From positions 1 through 64,000 of IMG/VR virus record IMGVR_UViG_2706796142_000001: DNA of 64,000 nucleotides; one strand, given 5' to 3'. The DNA comes from a virus (taxonomy: Duplodnaviria > Caudoviricetes). Made by a program: the position numbers and the translations under genes. The notes under the pieces are model-generated. The model was given only the letters and a program-made list of their open reading frames with translations, made no database searches and was not told the origin of the DNA. This document shows, piece after piece, positions 7,515 to 16,953 of the stretch (the stretch's first letter is position 1; the number at the start of each line of letters is the position of its first letter).

Positions 7515-8729
7515 ATGCAGAAGTTTACTGGCTTGCAGTACCTGATGATCGACGTAGCAAACAACTTTGGCTTAGACAAAGAGTCATGGAAGAACCGTCT
7601 TGCATGGTTCGAAGAACATAAGAACCATTTGGATTCGTTGGTTAAACAGGCAGAGTCACCTGCATTGTTCTATGGAGCAATTCAAGCGTATTACAAAGCT
7701 CTGGAAGGTAAGCCGTCAGGTTATCCAGTATCACTGGATGCCACTGCATCAGGCTTGCAGATTCTGGCTTGTCTTACGGGTGATCGTAAGGCTGCTGAAC
7801 TCTGTAACGTAGTGCCAGTATTCGGTGATGATGCCGAAGCTAAACGTATCGACGGATATACCGTGGTATACGAGCGTATGCTGGCGAAGGTTGGTGAACG
7901 TAGTGTAATCAAGCGTGACGACTGTAAGCAGGCTGTCATGACCTCTCTGTATGGCAGTACTGCCATTCCTAAAGAGGTATTTGGTGAAGGTATTCTGTAC
8001 AAAGTGTTCGATGACACAATGGACGAATCTGCACCTGCCGTATGGGAACTGAACAAGGCATACCTTGCCATCTGGGATCCAACCAAAGAAACCAACTCAT
8101 GGACTCTGCCGGATAACGGTCATGTGCATGTGAAGGTTATGGACTTAGATTCAGAGACTGTTCACTTCCTGAATCAGCCAGTAGAAATCATTCGTCGTGT
8201 GCATCGTCCAACTGAAGAAGGACGTTCACTGTCTGCCAATACCACACACAGTGTGGATGGCATGATTGTACGTGAGATGGTTCGTCGCTGTTCATACAGC
8301 AATGAAACTGTCCAGCGTGTCTGGGAGTGCATTGAGACTGATGAGTATCACGAAGGTACAGAAGCTGACCGTACCATGGTTCAGATTCTCTGGAACCATT
8401 ACAAGGAATCAGGCTATCTGTCTGCTCGTATCATGGATCACCTGTACTCCAACAACATGAGCATCGTGGACGTTGAGGTTATCCGTGAGCTGTTACAGTC
8501 ACTGCCTGAGAAACCATTCCATGTTATCAGTGTGCATGACTGTTTCCGTTGCCTGCCAAACTATGCCAATGACCTGCGTGAGCAGTACAACCGTCAACTG
8601 TATCTGATTGCCAAAAGCAATCTGCTGGGCTATATCCTGAAACAGTTGTTGGGGCGTGAAGTGTCTATCGGTAAGCTGGATCCTACTCTTGCTGACGATA
8701 TCCTTACAACTGAATACGCTTTGTCATAA
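7515..8729 (+). CDS. RNA polymerase II subunit 2 (N4 gp16-like, T7-type catalytic half)
   Basis: Motif A LDATASGLQ, motif B KQAVMTSLYG, motif C SVHDCF. Confidence 0.92.
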   Translation: MQKFTGLQYLMIDVANNFGLDKESWKNRLAWFEEHKNHLDSLVKQAESPALFYGAIQAYYKALEGKPSGYPVSLDATASGLQILACLTGDRKAAELCNVVPVFGDDAEAKRIDGYTVVYERMLAKVGERSVIKRDDCKQAVMTSLYGSTAIPKEVFGEGILYKVFDDTMDESAPAVWELNKAYLAIWDPTKETNSWTLPDNGHVHVKVMDLDSETVHFLNQPVEIIRRVHRPTEEGRSLSANTTHSVDGMIVREMVRRCSYSNETVQRVWECIETDEYHEGTEADRTMVQILWNHYKESGYLSARIMDHLYSNNMSIVDVEVIRELLQSLPEKPFHVISVHDCFRCLPNYANDLREQYNRQLYLIAKSNLLGYILKQLLGREVSIGKLDPTLADDILTTEYALS

Positions 8730-8735
8730 TTCAAT

Positions 8736-8772
8736 GCCCACATCCCTTAACAGGGGTGTGGGCTATTTTTTT
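8736..8772 (+). terminator. Rho-independent terminator
   Basis: GCCCACATCCCT-TAAC-AGGGGTGTGGGC plus T-run. Confidence 0.85.
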
Positions 8773-9063
8773 ATGGTCAGATATACTGGCGATAACTTTG
8801 AGGAGAATGCTGTGGCTATTCTGCAAGTCTGTTATGACCGTAAGACCCGTGTTGCTACGCTGCAACCGTTAAACGCTCCTATTCTGGATGGCTCTGAGAT
8901 CCTCGGTGTGACTGGTACAGGTGTCACTTTCTATGACGCTGTGCAGGAACTGCTGAGAGGCATCGGTGTCCTCAGAATGGGTAACGTAACGATCCAGTTT
9001 GATAAGCTGGCCTATGTGACTGATAAGGAGAACGACAGTGAGTCTGAAGACGACACTGAGTAG
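8773..9063 (+). CDS. Hypothetical protein
   Basis: Start moved to ATG 8773 after the terminator; weak RBS. Confidence 0.45.
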   Translation: MVRYTGDNFEENAVAILQVCYDRKTRVATLQPLNAPILDGSEILGVTGTGVTFYDAVQELLRGIGVLRMGNVTIQFDKLAYVTDKENDSESEDDTE

Positions 9064-9538
9064 GTTTTTCCGGTGGTTAGTTACACCCGTTCAGAAAGCT
9101 GAAAAAGTTGTAGTGGTCGAGTTAGAGCACGTATTCCATAAAGAAAAAGAGGCTGCACCTGTAGCCGTTGAACCTGAACCAGTAAAGGAAACAGACCCTG
9201 TGAGTATTTCACTGAGTACCATTGCTAAAGCCATGGCTGATGGCTCCCTGCTTCTCGAAGCTGTGGGCCGTGTAATTGTGGCAACTGAGGCAACTTATGC
9301 CGACTCCACCGATCCTGCTGGTGAAGATAAAAAGACCAACGTTATGCTGGTGGCTAAGGCAATTGCCAAAGAGCTGCTTGTTCCATGGGAAGATGTAGAA
9401 CGTGCAACGGATTACTGGGTCGATAACGTCATTGCAGCGTACAACGCTGTCAAAGATGTGACTGCTCCAGCTCCTATTGCTCCAGCTCCGGTAGCTGTGA
9501 CTCCTGCACCTGTCGCTCCGGCTGTTACTGGTGCATAA
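9038..9538 (+). CDS. Hypothetical protein with Pro/Ala-rich tail
   Basis: GTG start with AAGGAG RBS. Confidence 0.7.
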   Translation: MSLKTTLSRFFRWLVTPVQKAEKVVVVELEHVFHKEKEAAPVAVEPEPVKETDPVSISLSTIAKAMADGSLLLEAVGRVIVATEATYADSTDPAGEDKKTNVMLVAKAIAKELLVPWEDVERATDYWVDNVIAAYNAVKDVTAPAPIAPAPVAVTPAPVAPAVTGA

Positions 9539-9543
9539 TAAGT

Positions 9544-9570
9544 AAGCCCCAATTAAGGGGCTTATTTTTT
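9544..9570 (+). terminator. Rho-independent terminator
   Basis: AAGCCCC-AATTAA-GGGGCTT plus T-run. Confidence 0.85.
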
Positions 9571-9582
9571 GAGGATATATCA

Positions 9583-9996
9583 ATGACGAATCTCGTGCGT
9601 TTAGGCTTCGATGAAGATGCCAAAGTTCTCCACGTAGTGGATCACGATAAAGGTGAGAAGCTGCCAGAAGGCGTTAAAGATCTGGGTCTGGCTCCAAAGG
9701 CTACCCATGAACTGGCTGCTGAAGAGAAACTGAACAGCCTGTATAACGCCGACTCTCTGTCTGCTGTGTCAGTAGTCTATGGTGAAACTGCCAAAGAAAC
9801 TGTGGCTCCTGTTGAGGAAAGCCCTGAGCTTTCTACCCAACATGAAGAAGTTGACGAGCAAGTCAACAACCCACAACCTGAACCAGCTCCTGTTGCTGAC
9901 CCGGTAATCACTGAACCAGTGGAACCGGAACCAGTAGAGGAAGAAGAAGTTGAACCAGAAGAAGAAGATGACTCGGAAGATAAGAAAGAGTCATAA
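9583..9996 (+). CDS. Acidic Glu/Pro-rich protein; N-terminus weakly resembles the gp17 anchor domain
   Basis: GAGG RBS; composition; see finding. Confidence 0.7.
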   Translation: MTNLVRLGFDEDAKVLHVVDHDKGEKLPEGVKDLGLAPKATHELAAEEKLNSLYNADSLSAVSVVYGETAKETVAPVEESPELSTQHEEVDEQVNNPQPEPAPVADPVITEPVEPEPVEEEEVEPEEEDDSEDKKES

Positions 9997-10001
9997 TAAA
10001 G

Positions 10002-10030
10002 AAGCCCTCAATTAGAGGGCTTCACTTTAT
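10002..10030 (+). terminator. Probable terminator
   Basis: AAGCCCTC-AATTA-GAGGGCTT followed by CACTTTAT. Confidence 0.65.
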
Positions 10031-10046
10031 TATAAGGATACCTTAA

Positions 10047-10883
10047 ATGGTCGCTTTACATGTATCGTTTAACCCGACTACCAAAGTCGCTCACGTCGAT
10101 GAGACTACCACTGTACCATCTGGTTTCACCAACATTGGTACATTCGAGCATCCAGATGCAACCTACCCAGATTCATATGTAATCTTCCACGGTGTCCGTG
10201 AATTACTTTATTTCGTGAAGCCGGGTAGTCCTGTAACTCTGGGTGCAAAGTTCCCGGATAATATTACTGATATGTCCTCTGTGGATATTCAGTTTACCTA
10301 TCCTGCTCCACTGCGTCTGACTACTAATCTGGATACCGTCAAAACTGCTGTTGCAGGTACTGACGTAACCTTCACTGTGGCTGCTGCTGATGGTCGAGCA
10401 CCGTATACTTACGAGTGGTTCTACCGCAGCCAGTATAACAGTGTGTGGATCAAGATTGACCCAACGGTTAATCCAACTGCTGCTACAGCCAGCCTGAAAA
10501 ACAGTGCTGTTACTGCTCAGTCTACTGGTCAGTATAAAGCTGTCGTTAAAGATGCATTCCACAACGAAGTAGAGTCTTACTCTACTATGCTGTCTGTGTC
10601 TGACGCTCCTGCTACCACCAGCATTACTGCTACTCCAAGCACTCTGGCTCTGTCAGTAGCTGCTGATGCAACTAATGGTAAGACTGTAGCATTCGCGTCT
10701 GTTCCTACTGGATCAACGCTGAAAACTCTGTCTATCAAAACTGCTCCTGCTGCTGGGCGTGCAACTGCTACCATCGCCAATAACGTACTGACTGTGAAGC
10801 CAGTCGCTGCTGGTGCTGCTACCACTGTTGTGGTAACTGACGGTACGCACGATGTGACTGTAAACGTCACCGTTGCTGCCTAA
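10047..10883 (+). CDS. Capsid decoration protein with Ig-like domains (N4 gp17-like)
   Basis: VPSG..NIGTF.HPD.TYPDSYVI.HGVRELLY block of gp17; Ig repeats (YTYEWF...GQYKAVV). Confidence 0.88.
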   Translation: MVALHVSFNPTTKVAHVDETTTVPSGFTNIGTFEHPDATYPDSYVIFHGVRELLYFVKPGSPVTLGAKFPDNITDMSSVDIQFTYPAPLRLTTNLDTVKTAVAGTDVTFTVAAADGRAPYTYEWFYRSQYNSVWIKIDPTVNPTAATASLKNSAVTAQSTGQYKAVVKDAFHNEVESYSTMLSVSDAPATTSITATPSTLALSVAADATNGKTVAFASVPTGSTLKTLSIKTAPAAGRATATIANNVLTVKPVAAGAATTVVVTDGTHDVTVNVTVAA

Positions 10884-10888
10884 TTAAT

Positions 10889-10934
10889 AGCCCTCATTAG
10901 AGGGCTGTTATTTCTTTTTTTGGTTGTTCAATCT
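10889..10934 (+). terminator. Terminator followed by copy 2 of the T7-GGTTGTT motif
   Basis: AGCCCTC-ATTA-GAGGGCT then TTTTTTTGGTTGTTCAATCT. Confidence 0.7.
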
Positions 10935-10957
10935 TTCATTTAAATAGGGTTCCTTTC

Positions 10958-11224
10958 ATGCGTAAACATAGCTGGCTTGTTGCCTCGTTCCACTTCGTAA
11001 TGTCATTTATCGGTCTGAGCCACTCAGACTGGTTCGTTGATCGTATCGCTACCTTCTGCCGTTATACGGTAGAGAAGGCATCGGCTACTCTGGCTCTGGT
11101 CGTCCCAGTGGCTGAGTGGAAGGTGGTTGAGCGAATGTGTACTCTGAAGCAACGTGTTGCCTTCAATATTCACTCTCGCCGTACAGCTTCCACTGGCTCA
11201 TTGAGCGCACCGTTGCTGTCCTAA
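10958..11224 (+). CDS. Hypothetical protein
   Basis: ORF between motif copy 2 and a terminator. Confidence 0.55.
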   Translation: MRKHSWLVASFHFVMSFIGLSHSDWFVDRIATFCRYTVEKASATLALVVPVAEWKVVERMCTLKQRVAFNIHSRRTASTGSLSAPLLS

Positions 11225-11253
11225 CGATCCGTTTTTTGGGTTGTGAAACTGTG

Positions 11254-11284
11254 AAAGCCCATCTCTTAGGAGGTGGGTTTTTTT
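11254..11284 (+). terminator. Rho-independent terminator
   Basis: AAAGCCCATCTC-TTAG-GAGGTGGGTTT plus T-run. Confidence 0.8.
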
Positions 11285-11314
11285 ATGGTCAATTTTTACT
11301 AATTAGGATCCAGA

Positions 11315-11701
11315 ATGAGAAAGTTTATCCTGTCTGCACTGATTGCTGTAGTTGCCATGACTGGCCTGTCCGGTTGTGACATTAACGATGCCGATGTGGT
11401 ATCGAAGAACCTCAGTACTGATGCTGCGAACTTTAAGGTTAATCGCCGTATCGTATTCACCAATCTGCGTACTGGTGAGTTCCTGCTGTCTATCGAGGGT
11501 CTGTGTGCTCGTGAGAACACATCGACTGAAATTCAGATCACCTGCCAGACTGGCCCGAATGAATTCAAAAAGCATTTCATGGGCCTGACTACCGAGGTGT
11601 CTTACTTCGTTGAACAAACTGATCCAGTTCCATCAAACAAGTACCGTTACACCGTGACGTTCAAACCGTCTGTAATTGTGCCGACTATCGAACTGCGTTA
11701 A
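11315..11701 (+). CDS. Phage lipoprotein
   Basis: Signal peptide with LSGC lipobox; ADVVSKNLS..A.NF...RRIVF..G..LL.IEGLC pattern. Confidence 0.8.
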   Translation: MRKFILSALIAVVAMTGLSGCDINDADVVSKNLSTDAANFKVNRRIVFTNLRTGEFLLSIEGLCARENTSTEIQITCQTGPNEFKKHFMGLTTEVSYFVEQTDPVPSNKYRYTVTFKPSVIVPTIELR

Positions 11702-11740
11702 TCCCAATATTAAGATGCGTGCATAGCACAAGAGGCAAAT

Positions 11741-12490
11741 ATGTTATTTCCACAGCAAGAAAAAGTTGTACGTCAGATGACCCACATCATGACGGTGTTC
11801 AAAGAATCGGATGCTGCGATCCGTCCCCATTTCAGTCTTACTGGGCCAAGTGGCTCCGGTAAATCCTATCTCGTGAACGAGGCTGCCAAAGAAGTTGGCC
11901 TGAAGTTCATGGAGATCAATGCAGCCCAGCTTACTGCTGAAGGGCTGTCTGGTAACTCACTGTCCAAGTCTCTGCGTCAGTTGCGTGAGCACTGGAACGA
12001 GCCGAATATCATCTTCGTGGATGAGTTCGATAAGCTGTTTCAGAACAACGGTGAGCGTACTGAGAACTTCCGTTCACAGGTTCAGGATGAATTCCTCATG
12101 AACCTCGAAAGCAAATATGCCAGTGTCTTCACGGACTATGGCAAGTACGAACCAGTGAAGATTGATAACTCGTTATTCATCTTCGCCGGGGCATACAGCA
12201 ACCAGAAGATCCACACTCTCAGTGATCTGAAGGAAGCCGGTATGCGTACCGAGTTTCTGGGTAGAGTTCCTTTGGTTCTGTATACAGAGGCAGTGCCTCT
12301 GGAGGAATTGCAGAAGCACATTCCTAAACTGGATCTGTATCGTAATTACAAAGCTCTGTATCCGAATATTAAAGATGCTACTGCTGTGAAGCAGATCGTC
12401 AATATTATGATGAAGCAAAACGAAGAAACTCCAATAGGTATTCGTCTTATCAATACCTGTATTCACCTTTATTTCATGAAGGGAATTTAA
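11741..12490 (+). CDS. ClpX/HslU-like AAA+ ATPase
   Basis: Walker A GPSGSGKS, Walker B IIFVDEFDKL, FIFAGAY, GM..EFLGRVP. Confidence 0.85.
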   Translation: MLFPQQEKVVRQMTHIMTVFKESDAAIRPHFSLTGPSGSGKSYLVNEAAKEVGLKFMEINAAQLTAEGLSGNSLSKSLRQLREHWNEPNIIFVDEFDKLFQNNGERTENFRSQVQDEFLMNLESKYASVFTDYGKYEPVKIDNSLFIFAGAYSNQKIHTLSDLKEAGMRTEFLGRVPLVLYTEAVPLEELQKHIPKLDLYRNYKALYPNIKDATAVKQIVNIMMKQNEETPIGIRLINTCIHLYFMKGI

Positions 12491-12828
12491 TGAGTCGTCG
12501 TGACGAAATAATTGACCGTATCTATAAACAAGTAAAGGTTGTGGATACTGGTTATGAAGTTGACGGTATTCCGTCTCCCTGTCATTTATGGCAGGGGCCA
12601 ACATCTGGAAATGGACGTGGTAAAGGCTATGGTCGTATCTCGATTAATAGCGTCACCTCGGCTGTACACCGTGTGTCATATACCCATTACAATGGTTATA
12701 TTCCACTGAAAAAACAAATCGACCATCTCTGCAATGTCCGTAATTGCGTGAATCCAGAACATCTGGAGATGGTCACTCACCTGACAAACCAAGCACGTCG
12801 AGCCAGACGTGCAAAGGAGAAATCATGA
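12490..12828 (+). CDS. HNH endonuclease
   Basis: C.LWQG...GYG...HRVSY...DHLC..R.CVNP.HL. Confidence 0.9.
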   Translation: MSRRDEIIDRIYKQVKVVDTGYEVDGIPSPCHLWQGPTSGNGRGKGYGRISINSVTSAVHRVSYTHYNGYIPLKKQIDHLCNVRNCVNPEHLEMVTHLTNQARRARRAKEKS

Positions 12829-13013
12829 GTAGCAGTGAAGGATCAGCTTTTACAGTGGGATTCCTTATTGGCCTCATAGTGATGGGATGCCTAGGTAATT
12901 GGGTAGGCTCATTTAATAAGGCTGACTTACGAGCTGCTCGTGAGCAATGTGAGAAAGCACTGCCTCGTGACCAGCATTGTGTTTATCAATTCGTACCGGA
13001 GAAGAAACCGTGA
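12825..13013 (+). CDS. Small membrane-anchored protein
   Basis: ATG 12825 with AAGGAG RBS; N-terminal TM segment and a C..C pair. Confidence 0.7.
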   Translation: MSSSEGSAFTVGFLIGLIVMGCLGNWVGSFNKADLRAAREQCEKALPRDQHCVYQFVPEKKP

Positions 13014-13369
13014 AATACCTTCTGGCAATCATGTTATGTTTTTTGGGGTTTAATGCCTTTGCAGACAACCGTTATTATATTCCTGAAACAGATAGTCTGT
13101 TTATCGTCTCGAATGATTTCAAGACGATGACTGTTTATGTCAAAGGACATAATGAAGGTTCTGCGTGGGGATCTGGTGCAACCAGTAATCACAAAACCTA
13201 TGCTGGTAAACCTTATACCAGTGTGTCATTCAAATCCGATAAGTGTGACATTGTTATGTCGTACTACGCATGGGCTAATAATACTCGCTTCAGTTATATC
13301 TGTGGCAAGAGTGTTAAAGCCGAAGCTATTGATATCCCCGATATCAATTCACAGCACAATAACTTTTAA
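13010..13369 (+). CDS. Secreted/periplasmic protein
   Basis: GTGA overlap start; signal peptide MKYLLAIMLCFLGFNAFA. Confidence 0.7.
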   Translation: MKYLLAIMLCFLGFNAFADNRYYIPETDSLFIVSNDFKTMTVYVKGHNEGSAWGSGATSNHKTYAGKPYTSVSFKSDKCDIVMSYYAWANNTRFSYICGKSVKAEAIDIPDINSQHNNF

Positions 13370-13379
13370 AGAGGTTCGT

Positions 13380-13952
13380 GTGAAAGATAAATTACTTGCT
13401 GCAATCATGATGTCCCTGTTGGCTCACGAAGCTGAAAAAGCTGCTGAACCAGAAGAGAAAGGTGATGAGCGTGGCTCAGGCCGTACCACCAAGCACGCTC
13501 TGATCGCTGCGAAAATCGCCATCGATAAAGCTGGCTCGATCATTGAGATGCAAGACCACTCTAAAACCCATGAGGGTAACAAAGAGCTGGCTTCCAAAGT
13601 GTCTCAGATCCTGACCGTGCTGAACGTAGATCATGCGTTCGAGAACAACATCATCTGCGTTAAGCCAATCGAAGAAGCCAAGCGTTCTGATGCTCAGGGG
13701 CCACTGCCTGAATGGGCTATTGGTCGTAACCCTATCCGTGAACTGGTGCCGGGTGCTCAGTTGTATACCCGTAACGGTTCCCGTGTGGGTAATGCCTACC
13801 TGCTGGACTTCGACGACACCACTGGCGTCTGGGAAGTGCTGACTGACATGGGTTCAGCCATGCATCTGACCGTGGACGAAGTGAACGAGTTATTCACCGT
13901 AGGCGAGTACATCGCTGACGTGAACGAAGTCGAATCTCGTCGTAAGAAGTAA
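13380..13952 (+). CDS. Hypothetical protein
   Basis: GTG 13380 with GAGG RBS; GSGRTT P-loop-like stretch. Confidence 0.65.
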   Translation: MKDKLLAAIMMSLLAHEAEKAAEPEEKGDERGSGRTTKHALIAAKIAIDKAGSIIEMQDHSKTHEGNKELASKVSQILTVLNVDHAFENNIICVKPIEEAKRSDAQGPLPEWAIGRNPIRELVPGAQLYTRNGSRVGNAYLLDFDDTTGVWEVLTDMGSAMHLTVDEVNELFTVGEYIADVNEVESRRKK

Positions 13953-13958
13953 GCCGCT

Positions 13959-14321
13959 ATGCAGTTCACTGCATACGAGGTGATCTGTGCCAGTGTTTAC
14001 GGACACTGGCCGGAAGCCGTCACCACACTTGAGTTAGCTCAGGTGTGTGCTCTGATTGACGGTAGGGATCCAGATGATGCCATGCGTGCATGTGCAGCAA
14101 AGATCGCTTACCGAACCAAGGATAAACAGCTTCAAGGTATTCTGCTGACCATGGTCATTGCTGAGTACCCAAGCAATATCCTTCTCTCTCTGGATCAGAG
14201 AGTGGGGGTCATGCTGAAGAATCTCCGTAAAAACGGTGGAGAACTCTTTGAGTATGACAGCCACGAAGCCATGAAATTGGCTTTGAAGAAACCCCGGCTC
14301 TCTCTGGTTCCGACTCGTTAA
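13959..14321 (+). CDS. Hypothetical protein
   Basis: Tiled ORF. Confidence 0.65.
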   Translation: MQFTAYEVICASVYGHWPEAVTTLELAQVCALIDGRDPDDAMRACAAKIAYRTKDKQLQGILLTMVIAEYPSNILLSLDQRVGVMLKNLRKNGGELFEYDSHEAMKLALKKPRLSLVPTR

Positions 14322-14323
14322 AG

Positions 14324-14343
14324 TTTTTTTGGTTGTTAAATCT
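14324..14343 (+). promoter_or_regulatory. T7-GGTTGTT motif copy
   Basis: TTTTTTTGGTTGTTAAATCT upstream of the large AAA ATPase. Confidence 0.55.
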
Positions 14344-14384
14344 CTTAAATCCCAATTCGCCAAACTCTAAACAGGAAGAAAAAT

Positions 14385-15833
14385 ATGTCCCGTAATCTGA
14401 CCCAAGCTCAGGAACAAGTTCAAGTAGCTGAAATTCGTTATCACAACGATGCTCTGATGATCCCTAACGGTATGTCTACCTCTCAGGCCATCGAGCTGCT
14501 GGAACGCCAGCGTGACTATCTCGAAGAGAAAGTCTCTATCAACCGTACCTTCGATGCATTCCCGTTCGATGGTGCTAATGCACTGTCTGAAGTGCTGACT
14601 GCACAGTTTGGCTGGGCTGCTGCCGAATCGACTCCGGGCTTCTTTGGTGATACTCCACCACAGATGCTGACCATCGAAACCGATTTCAACAAAACTCGCC
14701 GTGTACCGTGGGGCCGTTTCTCACTGCCGGGCGTGAAAGGCTACATCGAAACTGGCGTTCGTCGCAAAGACGGTCGTATCGCTTTTTCCATCAACGGTAT
14801 GGTGAAGCGTAAAGACGAAGCGAACATTGAGCGTCTGCTGGACGGCGTTGCTGAATACCTGAAGGTAAACAGCATCTACGCGGGTAAAGCGATCAAGATC
14901 CGTTTCCTCGACGACGATGGCGATGTGCTGGATATGCCGGAACCGAAGTTCCTCGATACTTCGTTCATCTCCCGCGATATGCTGGTCTACAGCGCCGAAG
15001 TTGAAGCAAGCATCGAAACCAACCTGTTCACGCCGATCACCCGTATGGCTGACTGTATCGCCAACGATATCCCTGTGAAACGTGGTGTGCTGCTGGGTGG
15101 CCCATACGGTACTGGTAAAACCATGGCTGCAACTGTTGCAAGCCGTCTGGCTGTTGACGCAGGTATCACCTACGTGTACGTGCCACACTCTGACGAACTG
15201 GCTTATGCCATTGAGTTCGCCAAGCAGTACGACCGTACCGCTGCTGTGATCTTCTGCGAAGATATCGACCGTGCTGTAACTGGCGAACGCTCTGTTGCGA
15301 TGGATGATATCCTGAACATTCTGGATGGTATCGATACCAAATCCAGCAAAATCATCACCGTTCTGACCACCAACCATCTGGAAAACATCAACCCTGCGAT
15401 GCTGCGTCCGGGCCGTCTGGATGCGATCATTAACGTGAACGCACCTGACGCCGAAGCTGTTGAGCGTCTGATCCGTCTGTACGGCAAAGGCACTGTTGCC
15501 AAAGACGAAGATCTGGCGAAAGCAGGTAAAGTCCTGTCTGGTTCAATTCCTGCGGTAATCGCTGAAGTTGTTAAGCGTGCGAAGCTGGTTCAACTGGGTC
15601 TGCAAGAGCCGGGAACCAAAGTGGAAAGCATCTCTGGCGAAGCTATCTATCAGGCAGCACTGACCATTCAGGATCAGGTCGATCTGCTGAAAGAAATGTC
15701 TTCTAAGAAAGTGGTAGAACCTACTTTCAATCAGGTGATGGGCGGCGCTCTGGCTGTTGCTCTGAACGGCACGAAAGAACTGCTGAACGGTGTGGAATCG
15801 AAAGTATCCGAAATTCACGGCAACGTCTGCTAA
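14385..15833 (+). CDS. Classical-clade AAA ATPase (FtsH/Bcs1-like ATPase module) with N-terminal domain
   Basis: GPYGTGKT, IFCEDID, LNILDG, TTNH...INPAMLRPGRLD. Confidence 0.9.
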   Translation: MSRNLTQAQEQVQVAEIRYHNDALMIPNGMSTSQAIELLERQRDYLEEKVSINRTFDAFPFDGANALSEVLTAQFGWAAAESTPGFFGDTPPQMLTIETDFNKTRRVPWGRFSLPGVKGYIETGVRRKDGRIAFSINGMVKRKDEANIERLLDGVAEYLKVNSIYAGKAIKIRFLDDDGDVLDMPEPKFLDTSFISRDMLVYSAEVEASIETNLFTPITRMADCIANDIPVKRGVLLGGPYGTGKTMAATVASRLAVDAGITYVYVPHSDELAYAIEFAKQYDRTAAVIFCEDIDRAVTGERSVAMDDILNILDGIDTKSSKIITVLTTNHLENINPAMLRPGRLDAIINVNAPDAEAVERLIRLYGKGTVAKDEDLAKAGKVLSGSIPAVIAEVVKRAKLVQLGLQEPGTKVESISGEAIYQAALTIQDQVDLLKEMSSKKVVEPTFNQVMGGALAVALNGTKELLNGVESKVSEIHGNVC

Positions 15834-15837
15834 TAGA

Positions 15838-15868
15838 AATCCCTCTTCTTCGGAAGGGGGATTTTTTT
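15838..15868 (+). terminator. Rho-independent terminator
   Basis: AAATCCCTCTTC-TTCG-GAAGGGGGATTT plus T-run. Confidence 0.85.
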
Positions 15869-15897
15869 ATTAGAACCAATCACTTTGAGGAAAGATA

Positions 15898-16941
15898 ATG
15901 GCAGATCCAGTTCTCTACCGTGCATCGCCACGTAAGACCAAGAAATTCATTATGCAGTGTCTCGACGCTGGCCGGGTGCCGTATGTACGTTCATCTCCGG
16001 GTATGGGTAAGTCGAGCCTCTGTGCTGAAATTGCAAAGCTGGCAAGTCTGGAGCTGATAGATCATCGTCTCTCTGGTTCCGGCCCTGAAGATCTAAACGG
16101 CCTACCTCGTTTCAATGAGGCTGGCATGGCTGAGTTCAGTCCATTTGAGGGTTTATTCCCGCTGGACACTACGCCGTTACCAGCCGGTATGAACGGCTGG
16201 CTGTTGTTGCTGGACGAGTTTAACTCGGCACCAAAAGAAGTCATTGCAGCGGCTTACAAGCTGCTTCTCGACCGTATGGTTGGGCAACGTAAGCTGCATC
16301 CTTCGGTATACATTGTCTGTGCAGGCAATCTGGATACTGACCGGGCTATCGTTAATCCAATCGGTACTGCTATGCAGTCTCGTGTGATCCACATCGAGAT
16401 GGAAGTTAATGCCTCTGAGTGGATGGAAGACGTTGCCATTAAGAAACGCTACTCGAAAGAGATCATTGCGTTTCTGGGCCAGTATCCAAGCAAGCTGATG
16501 GACTTCACGCCGAACCATGTAGACAAGACATTCTGCTGTCCTCGTACATGGGAATTCGTGGATGACCTGATGAAAGCTGGTGGTATCGATGAAGACAACG
16601 TTGGCCTGTATGCAGGGACAATCACGTCTGGTGTAGCTGTAGACTTCTTCAACTTCACCAAGGTCTATAAGGATGTGATCACCGTATCTGAAATTGTTGC
16701 CAATCCCCTAACCTGTCGTGCTCCAACCAGTTTGAATATTGCGTGGGCCACAGTGTCAGGAATGATTGAAGCAATCAACACAGACAACTTCGATGCTCTA
16801 TGCGGGTATGCTGAAGCACAATTGCCTCTGGATATGCGTATCTTATTCTTCCGGGCAATGCTGATCCGTGATCCGGCATTACGCCATCATTCAAGATTCC
16901 CGGCTGTAGCGAGTGCTGTTGCTAAGTATCTGAACGAATAA
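15898..16941 (+). CDS. MoxR-like AAA+ ATPase (N4 gp24-like)
   Basis: SPGMGKS, LLLLDEFN, AGN...DRA, MQSR; adjacent to VWA partner. Confidence 0.88.
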   Translation: MADPVLYRASPRKTKKFIMQCLDAGRVPYVRSSPGMGKSSLCAEIAKLASLELIDHRLSGSGPEDLNGLPRFNEAGMAEFSPFEGLFPLDTTPLPAGMNGWLLLLDEFNSAPKEVIAAAYKLLLDRMVGQRKLHPSVYIVCAGNLDTDRAIVNPIGTAMQSRVIHIEMEVNASEWMEDVAIKKRYSKEIIAFLGQYPSKLMDFTPNHVDKTFCCPRTWEFVDDLMKAGGIDEDNVGLYAGTITSGVAVDFFNFTKVYKDVITVSEIVANPLTCRAPTSLNIAWATVSGMIEAINTDNFDALCGYAEAQLPLDMRILFFRAMLIRDPALRHHSRFPAVASAVAKYLNE

Positions 16942-16953
16942 CGAGAGGCAAAC

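Noticed and set aside
9450-9960. PAPVA and EPE repeats
   Set aside because: Low-complexity protein linkers, not a DNA repeat element
13137-13379. Long upstream extensions of several ORFs in the track (13137, 17966, 35098, 38115, 58815)
   Set aside because: Overlap upstream genes; downstream starts have better RBS or coupling
14721-15377. 218-aa minus-strand ORF and similar shadows opposite other + strand genes (also 60262-61161 opposite the minus-strand MCP)
   Set aside because: Fully nested antisense to well-supported genes
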